Origin: Thermoprotei archaeon
GTDB taxonomy: Archaea > Thermoproteota > Thermoprotei > Thermoproteales > B15-G16
Direction: 5' to 3'
Length of the DNA: 64,000 nt
Assembly (NCBI GenBank): GCA_003649205.1
Contig: QMRC01000001.1
Location: 308,624-372,623, forward strand
Below are positions 29,374 through 39,870 of the stretch, piece by piece; within the stretch, counting starts at the first letter, position 1, and each line of letters starts with the position of its first letter. The notes beneath the pieces were generated by a model. That model was not told where the DNA came from, made no database searches, and saw only the letters and a list, made by a program, of their open reading frames with translations. The translations under genes and the position numbers were made by a program.

Positions 29374-30807
29374 ATGGTTAGTTTTCGTGATAAGTTAGTC
29401 CACGCACCGGTAGCTTATACCTTCCGCGACGTAATCATAGTTCCTGGATTTGCTGAGGTAGAGCCATCTGAGGTTGACCTCAGTACTAAGGTGACGAAGA
29501 GTTTCAGCATAAAGGTACCAATCGTATCTTCACCCATGGACACAGTAACCGAGGAGAGAATGGCTATAACACTAGCTAGATTAGGATCACTCGGTGTATT
29601 ACACAGGAATTGCTCCAAGGAGCGAGCAATCGAGATGGCTAGAAACGTTAAGGAAGCTAGTGAAGTAATTGATTCAGTACCAACATTGAGTCCTAACGAT
29701 AGTGTAGCTAGAGCGCTAGAGCTGATGAGAGAGTACGACATTGACGTGCTTCCTGTTGTCGATGGTGATGGTAGGTTACTAGGTACGGTCATAAAGGTTG
29801 ATGTACTGCTCAGCTTATCAGAGGAACCCGTTGCGTCCATAGTGAGGAGAGATATCCCGATACTTGATACAGCAGCAGATGTGAGCTACGCAGCATCGCT
29901 AATGAGGGAGAGTAAGCTAACGGCATTACCTGTCGTGACTAAGGATGGGAGGTACCTAGGTTTCATAAGAGCTGAGATGCTCAGTACTAGAGAGAAAGGT
30001 GTTGAGCCATCTAGGGGTAGAGATGGGAGGTTACTGTGTGCAGCAGCTATATCACCCTTCGATATCGATAGAGCAAGAGCACTCGATAGGTACGTGGATA
30101 TCCTAGTCATAGACGTAGCACACTTCCACAATAGAAACTGCATCAATGCAACTAAGAGGTTGGTAAAGGAGGTATCTGCAGATGTCGTGATCGGTAACAT
30201 AGGTACGTACAAGGCTGCTGAAGATGTTGTGACAGGTATAGAGAGAGTAGATGGATTGAGGGTTGGTATTAGTTCAGGAAGTATATGCAGTACAGGAGAG
30301 GTAACGGGAGCAGCGGCACCAACACTCTTCGCAGTTGCTGAGGTCGCAGATGCGCTGAAGGACTACGGTTTGGAGATACCTGTAATAGCAGATGGTGGTA
30401 TCAGGTCGGCTGCTGATGCAGCAAAGGCTTTTGCTGTTGGTGCTTGGTGTGTTATGTGTGGTTACCTCTTTGCTGGTTGTGATGAATCCCCCAGTCCAGT
30501 AGTTAGAATCGGCGGTAAGCTGTACAAGTACTACCGTGGTATGGGCTCACATGCAGCTAGAGTACAGCGGTACATACTCGATAGGTATAGTCCAGTAGCT
30601 AAGCACGTTGCTGAAGGTATTGAGGCTTTAGTACCGTACAGAGGACCTGTATCCAAGGTCTTAAGAGAGTTCGTGGCTGCTCTAAAGGCTGCTCTTGGAT
30701 ATGCAGGTGCGAAGTCCATTAGGGACATGTGGGAAAAAGCGAGAATAGCCGTAATTACTGAGCAAGGTGCAGGAGAGATCAGACCTCATTCAGTGGAGCC
30801 GCTTTAA
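29374..30807 (+). CDS. guaB: IMP dehydrogenase with CBS pair
   Basis: SSPMDTVTE, GSICST, IADGGI, YRGMGS, AEG. Confidence 0.92.
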   Translation: MVSFRDKLVHAPVAYTFRDVIIVPGFAEVEPSEVDLSTKVTKSFSIKVPIVSSPMDTVTEERMAITLARLGSLGVLHRNCSKERAIEMARNVKEASEVIDSVPTLSPNDSVARALELMREYDIDVLPVVDGDGRLLGTVIKVDVLLSLSEEPVASIVRRDIPILDTAADVSYAASLMRESKLTALPVVTKDGRYLGFIRAEMLSTREKGVEPSRGRDGRLLCAAAISPFDIDRARALDRYVDILVIDVAHFHNRNCINATKRLVKEVSADVVIGNIGTYKAAEDVVTGIERVDGLRVGISSGSICSTGEVTGAAAPTLFAVAEVADALKDYGLEIPVIADGGIRSAADAAKAFAVGAWCVMCGYLFAGCDESPSPVVRIGGKLYKYYRGMGSHAARVQRYILDRYSPVAKHVAEGIEALVPYRGPVSKVLREFVAALKAALGYAGAKSIRDMWEKARIAVITEQGAGEIRPHSVEPL

Positions 30808-30821
30808 TGCGTACCCACTGT

Positions 30822-31490
30822 CTAAGCTGTAGTTAATACACGGATGATGTTTTCATTGACGTAGGTAGCTAGCTTTCTGAGGACCATCTCCTCAGCTATA
30901 CTCTTCACAGTATCTTTGCTAAGGATGAGGTCATAGTCCTCCTCAAATATTCTCTGTATCTGATCTAGAGATACCTCAGCTATATTGCGTTCCTTTAGCG
31001 ATGTAGTTAGTAAATCTATTACATCTTCGTAGAACTCCCATGGATAGATTACCCATACCCACTCCCTAACTTCTTCAGCATAGAAGTTTGGTGGGTACTT
31101 ACAGCTACTTGACTTGTAGTGGAGAACTGCTGTCTTAACTTCTCGCGGGTTACAGCACTTCATCACGTAGTTGCTAGCGACTTTGAGTGTTTCTCCCGTA
31201 TCAGCTACATCATCAACTAGTAGAACCCTCTTGTCATGAAGATTAACAGTGAGGGGATTACGTATCTTTGGCTCCTTCTTCCTAACAGCTGTTCTCCAGT
31301 ACTCAATCTGGAGACTAACCAAGTCAGTAACACCTAGGTAGTCACAGAGTAATCTCGCCGGTACGTATCCACCTCTTGCAACAGCAATTATGACATCAGG
31401 TATGTACTCCTCATTCCTTATCTTATGCGATAGTACTCTACAGAGTTCTGTAGCTCTTTCCCATGTGATGTAGATGCATCTAATCTTCAT
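30822..31490 (-). CDS. Purine phosphoribosyltransferase paralog
   Basis: VARGG, VLLVDDVADTGET, YPW. Confidence 0.88.
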   Translation of the reverse strand: MKIRCIYITWERATELCRVLSHKIRNEEYIPDVIIAVARGGYVPARLLCDYLGVTDLVSLQIEYWRTAVRKKEPKIRNPLTVNLHDKRVLLVDDVADTGETLKVASNYVMKCCNPREVKTAVLHYKSSSCKYPPNFYAEEVREWVWVIYPWEFYEDVIDLLTTSLKERNIAEVSLDQIQRIFEEDYDLILSKDTVKSIAEEMVLRKLATYVNENIIRVLTTA

Positions 31491-31496
31491 GTACCT

Positions 31497-32183
31497 TTAG
31501 ATTGACTTAACTCTGTAAATTACTTTCCCCTCTCTTTCAATCTTCTCTAAAACACCCTTCTCAACTAGCATCTCGAGAGCTTTCCTGTAGTAGAAGTCAC
31601 CAACATCAATACCGTACCACTCCCTGAATGTATTGACGATCTCTTCATATGTCCACTCCTGCTTCTTATCCTTCTCCTCCCTTAGGAATCTCGTGATGAA
31701 CTGAACAGTATCCTCAAGTCTAGTCCATGGGTATTGATACCAGATCCATTCCTTAACTTCCTCAACGTAGTAATCTGGCTTCATCTTGCATACTGGTGAG
31801 ATCCACTGCATTGTAGCTATCCTGAGTTCAGCTGGTTTCCAGTTCTCCAGTATGAACTTCTTAGCTAGGATGAGGCTCTCACCTGTATCAGCAATATCAT
31901 CGACGAGGAGAACCTTCTTACCACTTAGATCAACTGTGTATGGGAATTTCAGAATTGCCTTTTCTGCCATCTTAGCTGCTTCAGTCCAGTGCTGTGACTG
32001 GATTGAGAGTAGGTTCTCTACACCTAGGAAGTCGCAGAGTAATCTAGCTGGTGTGAAACCACCTCTCGCAACGGCTACAATGACGTCGGGTTTGTACCCT
32101 GACTCCTTGATCTTCTCAGCTAACTTAGCGCACCACTCCACAATTTCATCCCATGAAACTAACTTACACCTAACCTTAACCAT
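31497..32183 (-). CDS. Purine phosphoribosyltransferase
   Basis: VARGG, VLLVDDIADTGES, YPW; tandem paralog. Confidence 0.9.
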   Translation of the reverse strand: MVKVRCKLVSWDEIVEWCAKLAEKIKESGYKPDVIVAVARGGFTPARLLCDFLGVENLLSIQSQHWTEAAKMAEKAILKFPYTVDLSGKKVLLVDDIADTGESLILAKKFILENWKPAELRIATMQWISPVCKMKPDYYVEEVKEWIWYQYPWTRLEDTVQFITRFLREEKDKKQEWTYEEIVNTFREWYGIDVGDFYYRKALEMLVEKGVLEKIEREGKVIYRVKSI

Positions 32184-32255
32184 TTAATTCACCCATTAAT
32201 GTAAAGTATTGGGACGGTATTTTAGTGTTAACTAAGTACCTCATATATCGTTTCA

Positions 32256-33476
32256 TTAATTAATTAAATGATTTAGAGTACGGAGGTAGTTAAGTAGTTG
32301 AGGAATTAGGTAGTGACCACGTTCGCTTATTAGGCCTGTGCCTAGTACATCACTTACCCAGATACCTCTAGCGACTTCCTTCTCAAGTTCGTACCTCATG
32401 TAGTAGCCACGTATCATCATGTGGAGTAGTATTGATACTGATGTTGTCGTTATGATTAGCGTGTAGATCGGTGTTGGAAGTTTATGAATTGCAAAGTAGG
32501 TTGGTACTCTGCTAAGTACTTCAGCTATGTAGTTGAGCAACATGTTTTTCGCAGTATCACTGATTTGTATTCTGTAGAACTTCTCCAGTGCGTAGCTAAT
32601 TGTTGGTGCTGATACGAATTCTCTACGGAATACATCGGGTAACTTCAACACACCATACTTGAGGTAGGGCCTCATCAACGTGCTGTAAAGTACCTGGTAT
32701 AGCTCACGTACAATGTCTTCAGGTATCTGAAGTGAAGTCCATATTTCCTCAAGTTCTTGAAGTAATGGCTTTACGTACAGGACGTTACCTAGAACGTGAT
32801 ACTTTGCTGTATGTAGAGTGAAGTAGAGCTTTAGAGGGAGCCTCACTAATTCCCTTACGAAGTTCTGGGTAGGTACTTGCCGTAGTATTTCTCCTATGGT
32901 AGTACCTATCCTATTGAGTAGTTCTCTTCTGTGAAGTGGAGATAGTACGACTTGACCTTTATTATCTAGAGGTACTTGAGGGGAAATGTTGGGTATTATC
33001 TTCAGGTACTCATCTAGGAACTTAAGTTCTCTGAGTATGGAGTTTACGTATGTGAGGTCTACGGTAGCTCCTTCAGTAAATGTGCCTGGACAATTGAGAA
33101 CGTCTACGATGAGTATGTCTTCATGTTTTAGGTAACCCATGAATAGTGGGTATACTCGACAGTAGTTTGGTCTCTTATCGTATATCATGCAGCAACCCAC
33201 ATCATCTACATACTTGAAGAATGGACATCTCTGGAGAAATACCGACTCAACTCTCCTCCTAGGTGAGAGTACGTACCTAGGTCCTGCACTGAGTGCTTGA
33301 TCTCTCTGGTACTTGATCACTATATAGGATTTAAGCCAAGGATACTCACTTGTGAGGAATTTAACCTCACTTGGACATAGCTCAACTCCAGAGTAACAGC
33401 AGGTACCACAGCGTAAGCACTTGAAACTTTTACCACTTACCGTTACGATAAACCTCAAGTTACTACCTCCCTTCAC
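32256..33476 (-). CDS. YkgJ-family Cys-cluster (CxxCxxCC) protein
   Basis: CLRCGTCC, CPF, CMIYDKRPNYCRVYP. Confidence 0.8.
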   Translation of the reverse strand: MKGGSNLRFIVTVSGKSFKCLRCGTCCYSGVELCPSEVKFLTSEYPWLKSYIVIKYQRDQALSAGPRYVLSPRRRVESVFLQRCPFFKYVDDVGCCMIYDKRPNYCRVYPLFMGYLKHEDILIVDVLNCPGTFTEGATVDLTYVNSILRELKFLDEYLKIIPNISPQVPLDNKGQVVLSPLHRRELLNRIGTTIGEILRQVPTQNFVRELVRLPLKLYFTLHTAKYHVLGNVLYVKPLLQELEEIWTSLQIPEDIVRELYQVLYSTLMRPYLKYGVLKLPDVFRREFVSAPTISYALEKFYRIQISDTAKNMLLNYIAEVLSRVPTYFAIHKLPTPIYTLIITTTSVSILLHMMIRGYYMRYELEKEVARGIWVSDVLGTGLISERGHYLIPQLLNYLRTLNHLIN

Positions 33477-33482
33477 TATATC

Positions 33483-33854
33483 GTGGTGAGCACTGTGTCA
33501 GTACTACGTAGTGACGATGTCATAGTCACTACTCTAGACTCAATACCTGGGTATAAGATAGTAAAGGTTTACGGATTGGTGTACGCTATTGCTGACTACA
33601 GGAGAGAAGTTAGAAGTGCCATTCCTGTAGTTACGCAACCTGTAGATAGTGAGTTAATTGATGACTTACTGACAGATGCTATGGATGACTTAGTTGAGAA
33701 AGCTAGGGAAGTCGGTGCTAATGCTGTGCTCGGTCTAAGGATTGAGCTTAGGGAACTCACCGTATCTGCAGGAGCCGTTATGGATATTGTTATTGTGTAC
33801 GGCACAGCTGCTCTCGTTGAACCTGAGAGTAGACGAAATTCTTCACTGTATTGA
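33483..33854 (+). CDS. YbjQ/UPF0145 family protein
   Basis: TT...PG, GANAVLG, YGTA. Confidence 0.85.
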   Translation: MVSTVSVLRSDDVIVTTLDSIPGYKIVKVYGLVYAIADYRREVRSAIPVVTQPVDSELIDDLLTDAMDDLVEKAREVGANAVLGLRIELRELTVSAGAVMDIVIVYGTAALVEPESRRNSSLY

Positions 33855-34248
33855 GGTAATTAAGTAACCTAATCTTGAGGAGTTCGCTGTAGAGACTTGA
33901 AGTGCTATTAAGTAGCCATAGCCTCTTCTCTCTAAGTACTTCAGCTAGGTAGCTAGCTGTGAATACACCTAGCTGTAGATCTCTCTTAGCTCTTTCCTCG
34001 AATATAGTGAAGTCCCACGTAATCTCAATACATACTTTAGTTAAGTCACTTGAAAGTTCCTCTAGCTCAGCTACAACCAAGATATTTTCACTTAGTGGAT
34101 CTCTCTCGGTTATCATGCCTTCAGACCACATGATGACGTACTTAGGTGCCAATATGTACGTGGTGTCTCTAGACTCTATGAAGCTCTGGAGTACTGAAAA
34201 CACCTTACCAAGTGGTAGGGGTACTGTGAATACCTCTCTAATCCTCAA
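33790..34248 (-). CDS. Hypothetical protein
   Basis: 152-aa ORF filling the gap. Confidence 0.5.
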   Translation of the reverse strand: MRIREVFTVPLPLGKVFSVLQSFIESRDTTYILAPKYVIMWSEGMITERDPLSENILVVAELEELSSDLTKVCIEITWDFTIFEERAKRDLQLGVFTASYLAEVLREKRLWLLNSTSSLYSELLKIRLLNYLNTVKNFVYSQVQREQLCRTQ

Positions 34249-34300
34249 GGAAATGCACCTACAGGATATGGATCACAAACTTATTTAAGCTTAAACCTGT

Positions 34301-34924
34301 TTGTGTATGGGGTTCTCAATGTCGACACAACTTGAGAAAGTTAAGAAGGTTCTAGCTAAGGTAGCCACCGAGCTGTACAGGAATGACGTTGACTTCGTCG
34401 TTATTGGTAGCTTCGTTATACCCTTACTGTACAACGTACCTTGGTCAACATACGACATTGACCTCTTCATAACGAACAAAAGTACAGTTGCCGAATACGA
34501 ACTCTTCGAGAAGATAGCTATTGAAAATGGTTGGGATGTAGGTACCACACCCTACGGTACACCCTACTACGAAATCTACTACGATGGTGAAGTCATTAGG
34601 ATAGACTTACTCGAGAATGTGTACGACATCTACGTCCCAAAGAGGATCATTGAGAGAGCTAAGGAGGTGAATGTAGAGGGTGTGAAGATCAAGGTCATAA
34701 GGCTAGAGGATCAGCTAGTACTAAAGGCTAGAGCAGCTTCCGAGGAAGATGTATCATTCCTCAAGTCAATACTGGAGAAGTTAGTCAGGAAAAATCTCGT
34801 GAAAATAACGATAGGCAATATCGAGGAAGCAATACAGGCATTTCCAGAGACAGAGCAGAACTCCATTAGGAGAAGGCTAGCACTAGTAGGATTCTACACA
34901 ACTCTAAGCGAGAAATTTGAGTAG
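34301..34924 (+). CDS. Nucleotidyltransferase-family protein
   Basis: VIGS...TYDIDLF, RIDLLEN, LVLKAR. Confidence 0.8.
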   Translation: MCMGFSMSTQLEKVKKVLAKVATELYRNDVDFVVIGSFVIPLLYNVPWSTYDIDLFITNKSTVAEYELFEKIAIENGWDVGTTPYGTPYYEIYYDGEVIRIDLLENVYDIYVPKRIIERAKEVNVEGVKIKVIRLEDQLVLKARAASEEDVSFLKSILEKLVRKNLVKITIGNIEEAIQAFPETEQNSIRRRLALVGFYTTLSEKFE

Positions 34925-34979
34925 GATGTAAGTGTCTTGAAGTAAAGTAAATTTTCAGGTCAGATAGAGATCGATATCG

Positions 34980-35047
34980 GTCCCCTCCCCCTCGACAACC
35001 CGGAGAGGGTGGGATGAGAGGGGAAGGGACGTATTCACCGCGCGACA
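34980..35047 (+). ncRNA. Atypical K-turn H/ACA-like guide RNA with a single 3' guide to 16S
   Basis: Hairpin with K-turn (cGA / GAUGA), then AGGGACGUAUUCACCGCGCGA complementary to 16S UCGCGCGGUGAAUACGUCCCU, then ACA. Confidence 0.75.
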
Positions 35048-35060
35048 CATGCTTACTTCT

Positions 35061-36917
35061 CTAACTACTTGTCTTATACCTTGGTCTCCTACTTAGGAAC
35101 CTCGGTAACTTTATCTCTGTTCTCGGATATCCCTTGACCTCCTCCTCAAGTAACTTAATCAACTCAGGTAGCGACAGCTCCTTAACACCAACACCTCTAA
35201 TTCTCACACTTAACCTACCTGACTCAAGCTCTTTCTTCCCAACTACAACAATGTACGGTATCCAGCTAACCTCAGCTTCTCTAATCTTCCTGCTAACAGT
35301 TTCATCTCTATCATCTACGTCAACTCTAAAACCATGCCTCTCGAGTTCATCAGCTATCTCACATGCGAATTTAACGTACTCAGACGATACAGGAATAACC
35401 CTGATCTGAACTGGGCATAGCCACGTAGGTATCTTAGGCACCTCTCCTCTCAACTCCATCTGTGCTGCCGTATCTAGTACGGTATAGAGGTACCGCTCTA
35501 GAGAACCTATAAGTGCTGTGTGAATTATTACTGGGTACCTCTCCTGACCCTTCTCATCAACGTACTTAATACCAAACCTCTCCGCATTACCGACATCTAT
35601 CTGGAACGTAGCTATCTCCCTTGGCCTACCAAGCTCATCAATTATGTGATACTCGACATTGATTACCCAGTAGTACTTACCTTCCTCAACAAAGTGCAAC
35701 AAGACAGGTCTACCCTCTAGCTTAACTAGTTCCTGGATGAAGTCCCTATGTGCATTGAAGAAGCTCTCTGTGAGGTTGTACAGTGACACATATCTTCTAC
35801 CTAGCTTACGAGCTTCCTCAAGGATCTTGACATGAACCCTCTTAGCTATCTCCTTAGCTTCTTCAAGATCTCTACACAGTATGTGTAGATCAGGCATGAG
35901 GAATTTCCTAAGTCTAAAGCAAAGTAGCAGTTCGCCAGGTTGCTCTAGTCTATAGCTATCAGCTAGCTCAAAGACACCAAAGGGTAGGTCTCTATAGCTT
36001 ATGACCCAATCCTTCAACATACTAAACTGCTGATGACAAGCAGCAAATCTAAGGACGTAGAACTTACCATCCACTTCAATGGTGTACATCCTCTCTCCAA
36101 AGAGTTCCGCATGCTTCCTCACTGGAGGTACGTCTAGGTTGAACATGTTTGTACCTGATACCCTGTACACTGGTATTCCAAGTTCATTAGCTACCTGCCA
36201 TGAATACTTAGCTATCAAGTCCATTAGTATTGTTGCTTCTGGACCAAATCTCATGTGACCTATATCTGAGAATCCTTCCCACTCAATACCGAATTTCCTA
36301 CAGTAATCAATTATCTTCGGCTCTCTCCCACCCGGTAGCTCCTTTCTCAACGCCTCTTTCTCAACCAGTACCCTAACCTCATCATCGTTACAGTACTTTT
36401 CAACAAATTCCTGAGGATCATATAGCGCCCCTTCCGGTGTGAGCACTAGGTACTTGCGTGGCTTCGGTGGTGGATGAGTAGGTACCTTCTCAGCTGGAGT
36501 TATTGTTCTCGATAGTTCTGAAAGTGGGTGACCAATGCACTTTATTTCAAAGCTCTTGTAGTACCCAAAGGGTGCACGTATGACCTCTATACCACGTTCC
36601 TTGAGCTTTTCCTCAAGCATCTTAAGTACTCTAACTGCTGTAATTGGATCAGCTAGCTTCTGAGATAGGTGAGCGTATGGATATAGGACTACCGAGCTAG
36701 CTCTAACTTTTGACATTATGCTCAGTACTTCGCTACATGCGCTCTCGGCTATGGCTTCGGGATTACGTTCATCACCTTTCTCAACAGTACAGAAACAGAC
36801 GAGAGTATTTCTGGATTCAGCTTCAGACTTCACACCATCTAGCTCCTCAGCAGATTCAATAGCTTTCTCACGTACTTTGTACCTGAAGTACTCAGCGTGA
36901 ATTAGTAGGAGCCTCAT
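35061..36917 (-). CDS. thrS: Threonine--tRNA ligase, archaeal type with N-terminal editing domain
   Basis: MRLLLIH, YPYAHLS, APFG.YK, GHPLSELSR, LRFAAC, GS.ER. Confidence 0.96.
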   Translation of the reverse strand: MRLLLIHAEYFRYKVREKAIESAEELDGVKSEAESRNTLVCFCTVEKGDERNPEAIAESACSEVLSIMSKVRASSVVLYPYAHLSQKLADPITAVRVLKMLEEKLKERGIEVIRAPFGYYKSFEIKCIGHPLSELSRTITPAEKVPTHPPPKPRKYLVLTPEGALYDPQEFVEKYCNDDEVRVLVEKEALRKELPGGREPKIIDYCRKFGIEWEGFSDIGHMRFGPEATILMDLIAKYSWQVANELGIPVYRVSGTNMFNLDVPPVRKHAELFGERMYTIEVDGKFYVLRFAACHQQFSMLKDWVISYRDLPFGVFELADSYRLEQPGELLLCFRLRKFLMPDLHILCRDLEEAKEIAKRVHVKILEEARKLGRRYVSLYNLTESFFNAHRDFIQELVKLEGRPVLLHFVEEGKYYWVINVEYHIIDELGRPREIATFQIDVGNAERFGIKYVDEKGQERYPVIIHTALIGSLERYLYTVLDTAAQMELRGEVPKIPTWLCPVQIRVIPVSSEYVKFACEIADELERHGFRVDVDDRDETVSRKIREAEVSWIPYIVVVGKKELESGRLSVRIRGVGVKELSLPELIKLLEEEVKGYPRTEIKLPRFLSRRPRYKTSS

Positions 36918-37005
36918 CCTAAATCTCCTCTACAGTAGCGGGGAAACGGAATTAAAACATTAACATTTACTCAGGTAGTGGTTAATTTAGCGACGGTTAT
37001 AGAGG

Positions 37006-37070
37006 TGTGGAGTGTAAGGCCCGAGGTTTCATCCTCCCACTTTGGGGTGTCTACCTCGGGTCGCGGGTCT
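37006..37070 (-). ncRNA. K-turn hairpin RNA (H/ACA-like guide or thrS leader)
   Basis: cccgaggu-aGA-cacccc-aaagu-gggag-GAU-GA-a-accucggg followed by ccuuacacucc-ACA. Confidence 0.6.
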
Positions 37071-37111
37071 TTTTATCAAAAGCCCTCTGGGAGTTAAAAA
37101 GCGTTTAGTTA

Positions 37112-38797
37112 CTATGTTGTTCTTGCTCTTATGTCCTTCAGTACATCTGCGAGCACGTCCATTGTTGAGATGTGGTAGTAAGCTCCACCACCGATCTTTG
37201 AGACTTTTTGTAGGAATTTCTCATCTATGTAATCTCCAACAGCTACTACAGATATCGTTACTCCTCTCTTGTGGAGGTACTTAGCTTGTGCTAGGCATAG
37301 GTTTGTAAAGAGTGTTCTACCATCAGTTATACACACTACGTGTCTACAGGTGCTTCTCGATCTCTTGAGTACGTTAGTAGCTAACTTAAGTGCTGCATAC
37401 ATGTTCGTTCCACCGGCAGCCCATACGTGTGTGAGTAAGCTAACCATCTTCTTCCAGTACTTCTTTACTGGAAGTAGGTTCCATAGTAGGTCTGCTCTAT
37501 AGTTGAAGAGTATGAGCGCGAGCTTGTCATCTGATTTGACAAGGTACTGGATATACCTTGCTAGTGCTTCCTTAGCTATCTCAATCTTAGGTCTAACACC
37601 ACAGAATTCTCTCATGGAGCCTGATACGTCGAGACATATTATTGTGTCTGTTTGCTTACCAGGTAGGTACTCGTAGACCACGACATCTCTACTGGTAATG
37701 GGTCTATTAGTCAACTGCTTTCTCACTATGTTCATTGAGGTTCTCATTACGTCTACACACCATGAACTATCTCCAATCTCGTAGTGACGTACCATAGCTA
37801 TCGCTGATGTGGGTACTTTCGACATGTAGTGCCTCTCCTTCTTGATAGCAGACTTCGTTGTTATCGATGATAGATGTCTGTAGAGTCGAACCTTCGTCAG
37901 TTCATTTAGTTTCTTCTCATAACTTACCCTCTGAGAAGAACGCTTTAGTAGAGCTTGCTCTAGGAAGGCAACCTCTGATTCCGGTATTCTCTTAAGCTGA
38001 GAGACTATCCTCCTAGCAATCTCAAGCCTAACACCTATTGGTGCGGTAATGGGACATAGCATGTTGATCAGTTGTGCGATATTGGGGTACTCCTCCATAC
38101 CGTACCCGTACACAATTTCGTACAACTTCATCTCATCGATATTCCTAGCTTCTCTCAGTATCGAGATAAGTACTTCAGGAGATAAATCGGTCGGAGTGAT
38201 AGCTGAGTAACTCCTCCTACACTGATCGAGATCACTTTGTTGAGGCTGCTGAGTGGGTGCTGCAACAGTTCTCAAGCTACCACTACACACATTGTCGATC
38301 TCAGAAGGCTCCTCACTACTACGTTGTTGACGAAATCTCTTCTCAAGTTCAGAAGCAAACTTCTCAAAGAGAGAAATCAAGCTCTGAAGCAACTTATCTA
38401 GAGACCTCTGCTTATCCTGAGAGCTGGTACTCTTCTTCTCTCCTTCTAAAAATTTCTTGATAGCTGATTGAAGACCGTGAACAATGTCTTCAGCACCTAG
38501 AGCCCTCCTAACAGCTTCCTCAATTATTTCCCTCTTCTTAGTCTCGTCAGAGACCCTAACTGATGAAGCTAAATTGGCTACAGCAGTTCTCACAATCGTA
38601 TCAACCATCTTATCCACAGAATACTCCTCGTGAGAGAACCTAGAGATATCGAGGAGAAGCGCAACAGCAGTATCGACTGTAGCGTAGATGTAGCTCCTAA
38701 CCGAGCCAGGGTGCATGACCTCATCATTACTAAGGAGGTACTCGTAGACCTTGCTGTAGACTTCGAGTAGGGGTAGTACCAAGACCTTAGTTAACAT
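37112..38797 (-). CDS. vWA-domain protein
   Basis: MIDAS DVSGSM, GGTN, ITDG. Confidence 0.88.
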   Translation of the reverse strand: MLTKVLVLPLLEVYSKVYEYLLSNDEVMHPGSVRSYIYATVDTAVALLLDISRFSHEEYSVDKMVDTIVRTAVANLASSVRVSDETKKREIIEEAVRRALGAEDIVHGLQSAIKKFLEGEKKSTSSQDKQRSLDKLLQSLISLFEKFASELEKRFRQQRSSEEPSEIDNVCSGSLRTVAAPTQQPQQSDLDQCRRSYSAITPTDLSPEVLISILREARNIDEMKLYEIVYGYGMEEYPNIAQLINMLCPITAPIGVRLEIARRIVSQLKRIPESEVAFLEQALLKRSSQRVSYEKKLNELTKVRLYRHLSSITTKSAIKKERHYMSKVPTSAIAMVRHYEIGDSSWCVDVMRTSMNIVRKQLTNRPITSRDVVVYEYLPGKQTDTIICLDVSGSMREFCGVRPKIEIAKEALARYIQYLVKSDDKLALILFNYRADLLWNLLPVKKYWKKMVSLLTHVWAAGGTNMYAALKLATNVLKRSRSTCRHVVCITDGRTLFTNLCLAQAKYLHKRGVTISVVAVGDYIDEKFLQKVSKIGGGAYYHISTMDVLADVLKDIRARTT

Positions 38798-38802
38798 AGT
38801 AA

Positions 38803-39840
38803 CTACCCACTACCTCTAGTTACCATGTACACAGCTCTCTCAAATACCTTCTCTAGATACGTCTTCTTGTCTGTTTCACTCTGAAACTCACCACGTATAG
38901 AGGGTATGAAGTTCTGAATAACTTCACGTTTGAGATCTTCAAGTGTAGGTTCTCTACGCTCAACTAGTGCTCTAGCAATGGTAGATGCAACAGCATAGAT
39001 GCAAGCTCTAATACTTGGACCTGCTTCAATTAAACCCTCACTACGCATAATACCTATCATAGCTACTATCGTATCGAGAAACTCCTCAGGAATCTTAATT
39101 ACGTCGTAGTTTCTAACTATCTGATCTACTTTCCACCTAATTATCGCTTTAAGTAAGTCAGCATCTGGGTAATTGAGCTCTACGTACTTCATTCTATCCG
39201 CCAGTGCTTCAGTTAATTCGAATACACCGGAGTACTCAACGGGATTTGCTGTTGCTATTACGAGGAAGTCGCTCCTAATCCTTATACCCCTAATGACTAC
39301 GTAGTGTTCTTGTAATGCTTGTAGTAGTGCTGCTTGGCTATAGGGTGAGAGTCTGTTGATTTCATCCAGTATGAGTATTCTTCCATGAGCCATGACTAGT
39401 GGACCCGGTATGTATGCTAGAGGATGGTCAAGTCCCGCCTGCAGCGCAACTGCTATATCTATGTCACCTGTTAGCTCTGTTGCCGTCATATGTGAATGAC
39501 ATGCACAGAATATGTATGGCGGCTCATCTAGGTGGAGTATCTCTGCTATTGCCTCAGCTAGACTAGTTTTACCTATCCCTACAGGTCCTACAAGTAGTAC
39601 ATGTCGACCGACACAGAGCGCGCTAAGTACATCGATAGCTACTTCGTGAAGCCCCTTAAGGTAGTTATCTAGTTCTCTCAATATGTTACTGATACCTCGC
39701 TCGAGGACTATCTTCGTTACCTTTTCCTCTACCCTAATGGGCCTTCTCTGAAGTAACTCTGATAATCGTGGTAACCTTACACCCATTAGCTGTAGATTCT
39801 GTGTCATCTGCTGTGCCCCATGTCCCTTACTCGGGGACAC
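38803..39840 (-). CDS. MoxR-family AAA+ ATPase
   Basis: GPVGIGKT, LDEINR, LLQALQE, ATANP, EALADR. Confidence 0.92.
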   Translation of the reverse strand: MSPSKGHGAQQMTQNLQLMGVRLPRLSELLQRRPIRVEEKVTKIVLERGISNILRELDNYLKGLHEVAIDVLSALCVGRHVLLVGPVGIGKTSLAEAIAEILHLDEPPYIFCACHSHMTATELTGDIDIAVALQAGLDHPLAYIPGPLVMAHGRILILDEINRLSPYSQAALLQALQEHYVVIRGIRIRSDFLVIATANPVEYSGVFELTEALADRMKYVELNYPDADLLKAIIRWKVDQIVRNYDVIKIPEEFLDTIVAMIGIMRSEGLIEAGPSIRACIYAVASTIARALVERREPTLEDLKREVIQNFIPSIRGEFQSETDKKTYLEKVFERAVYMVTRGSG

Positions 39841-39870
39841 ATTATAGTAGATGTAGCGAAGTATATAATC

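Noticed and set aside
34866-35048. 60-aa minus-strand ORF
   Set aside because: Antisense shadow of the GC-rich K-turn RNA
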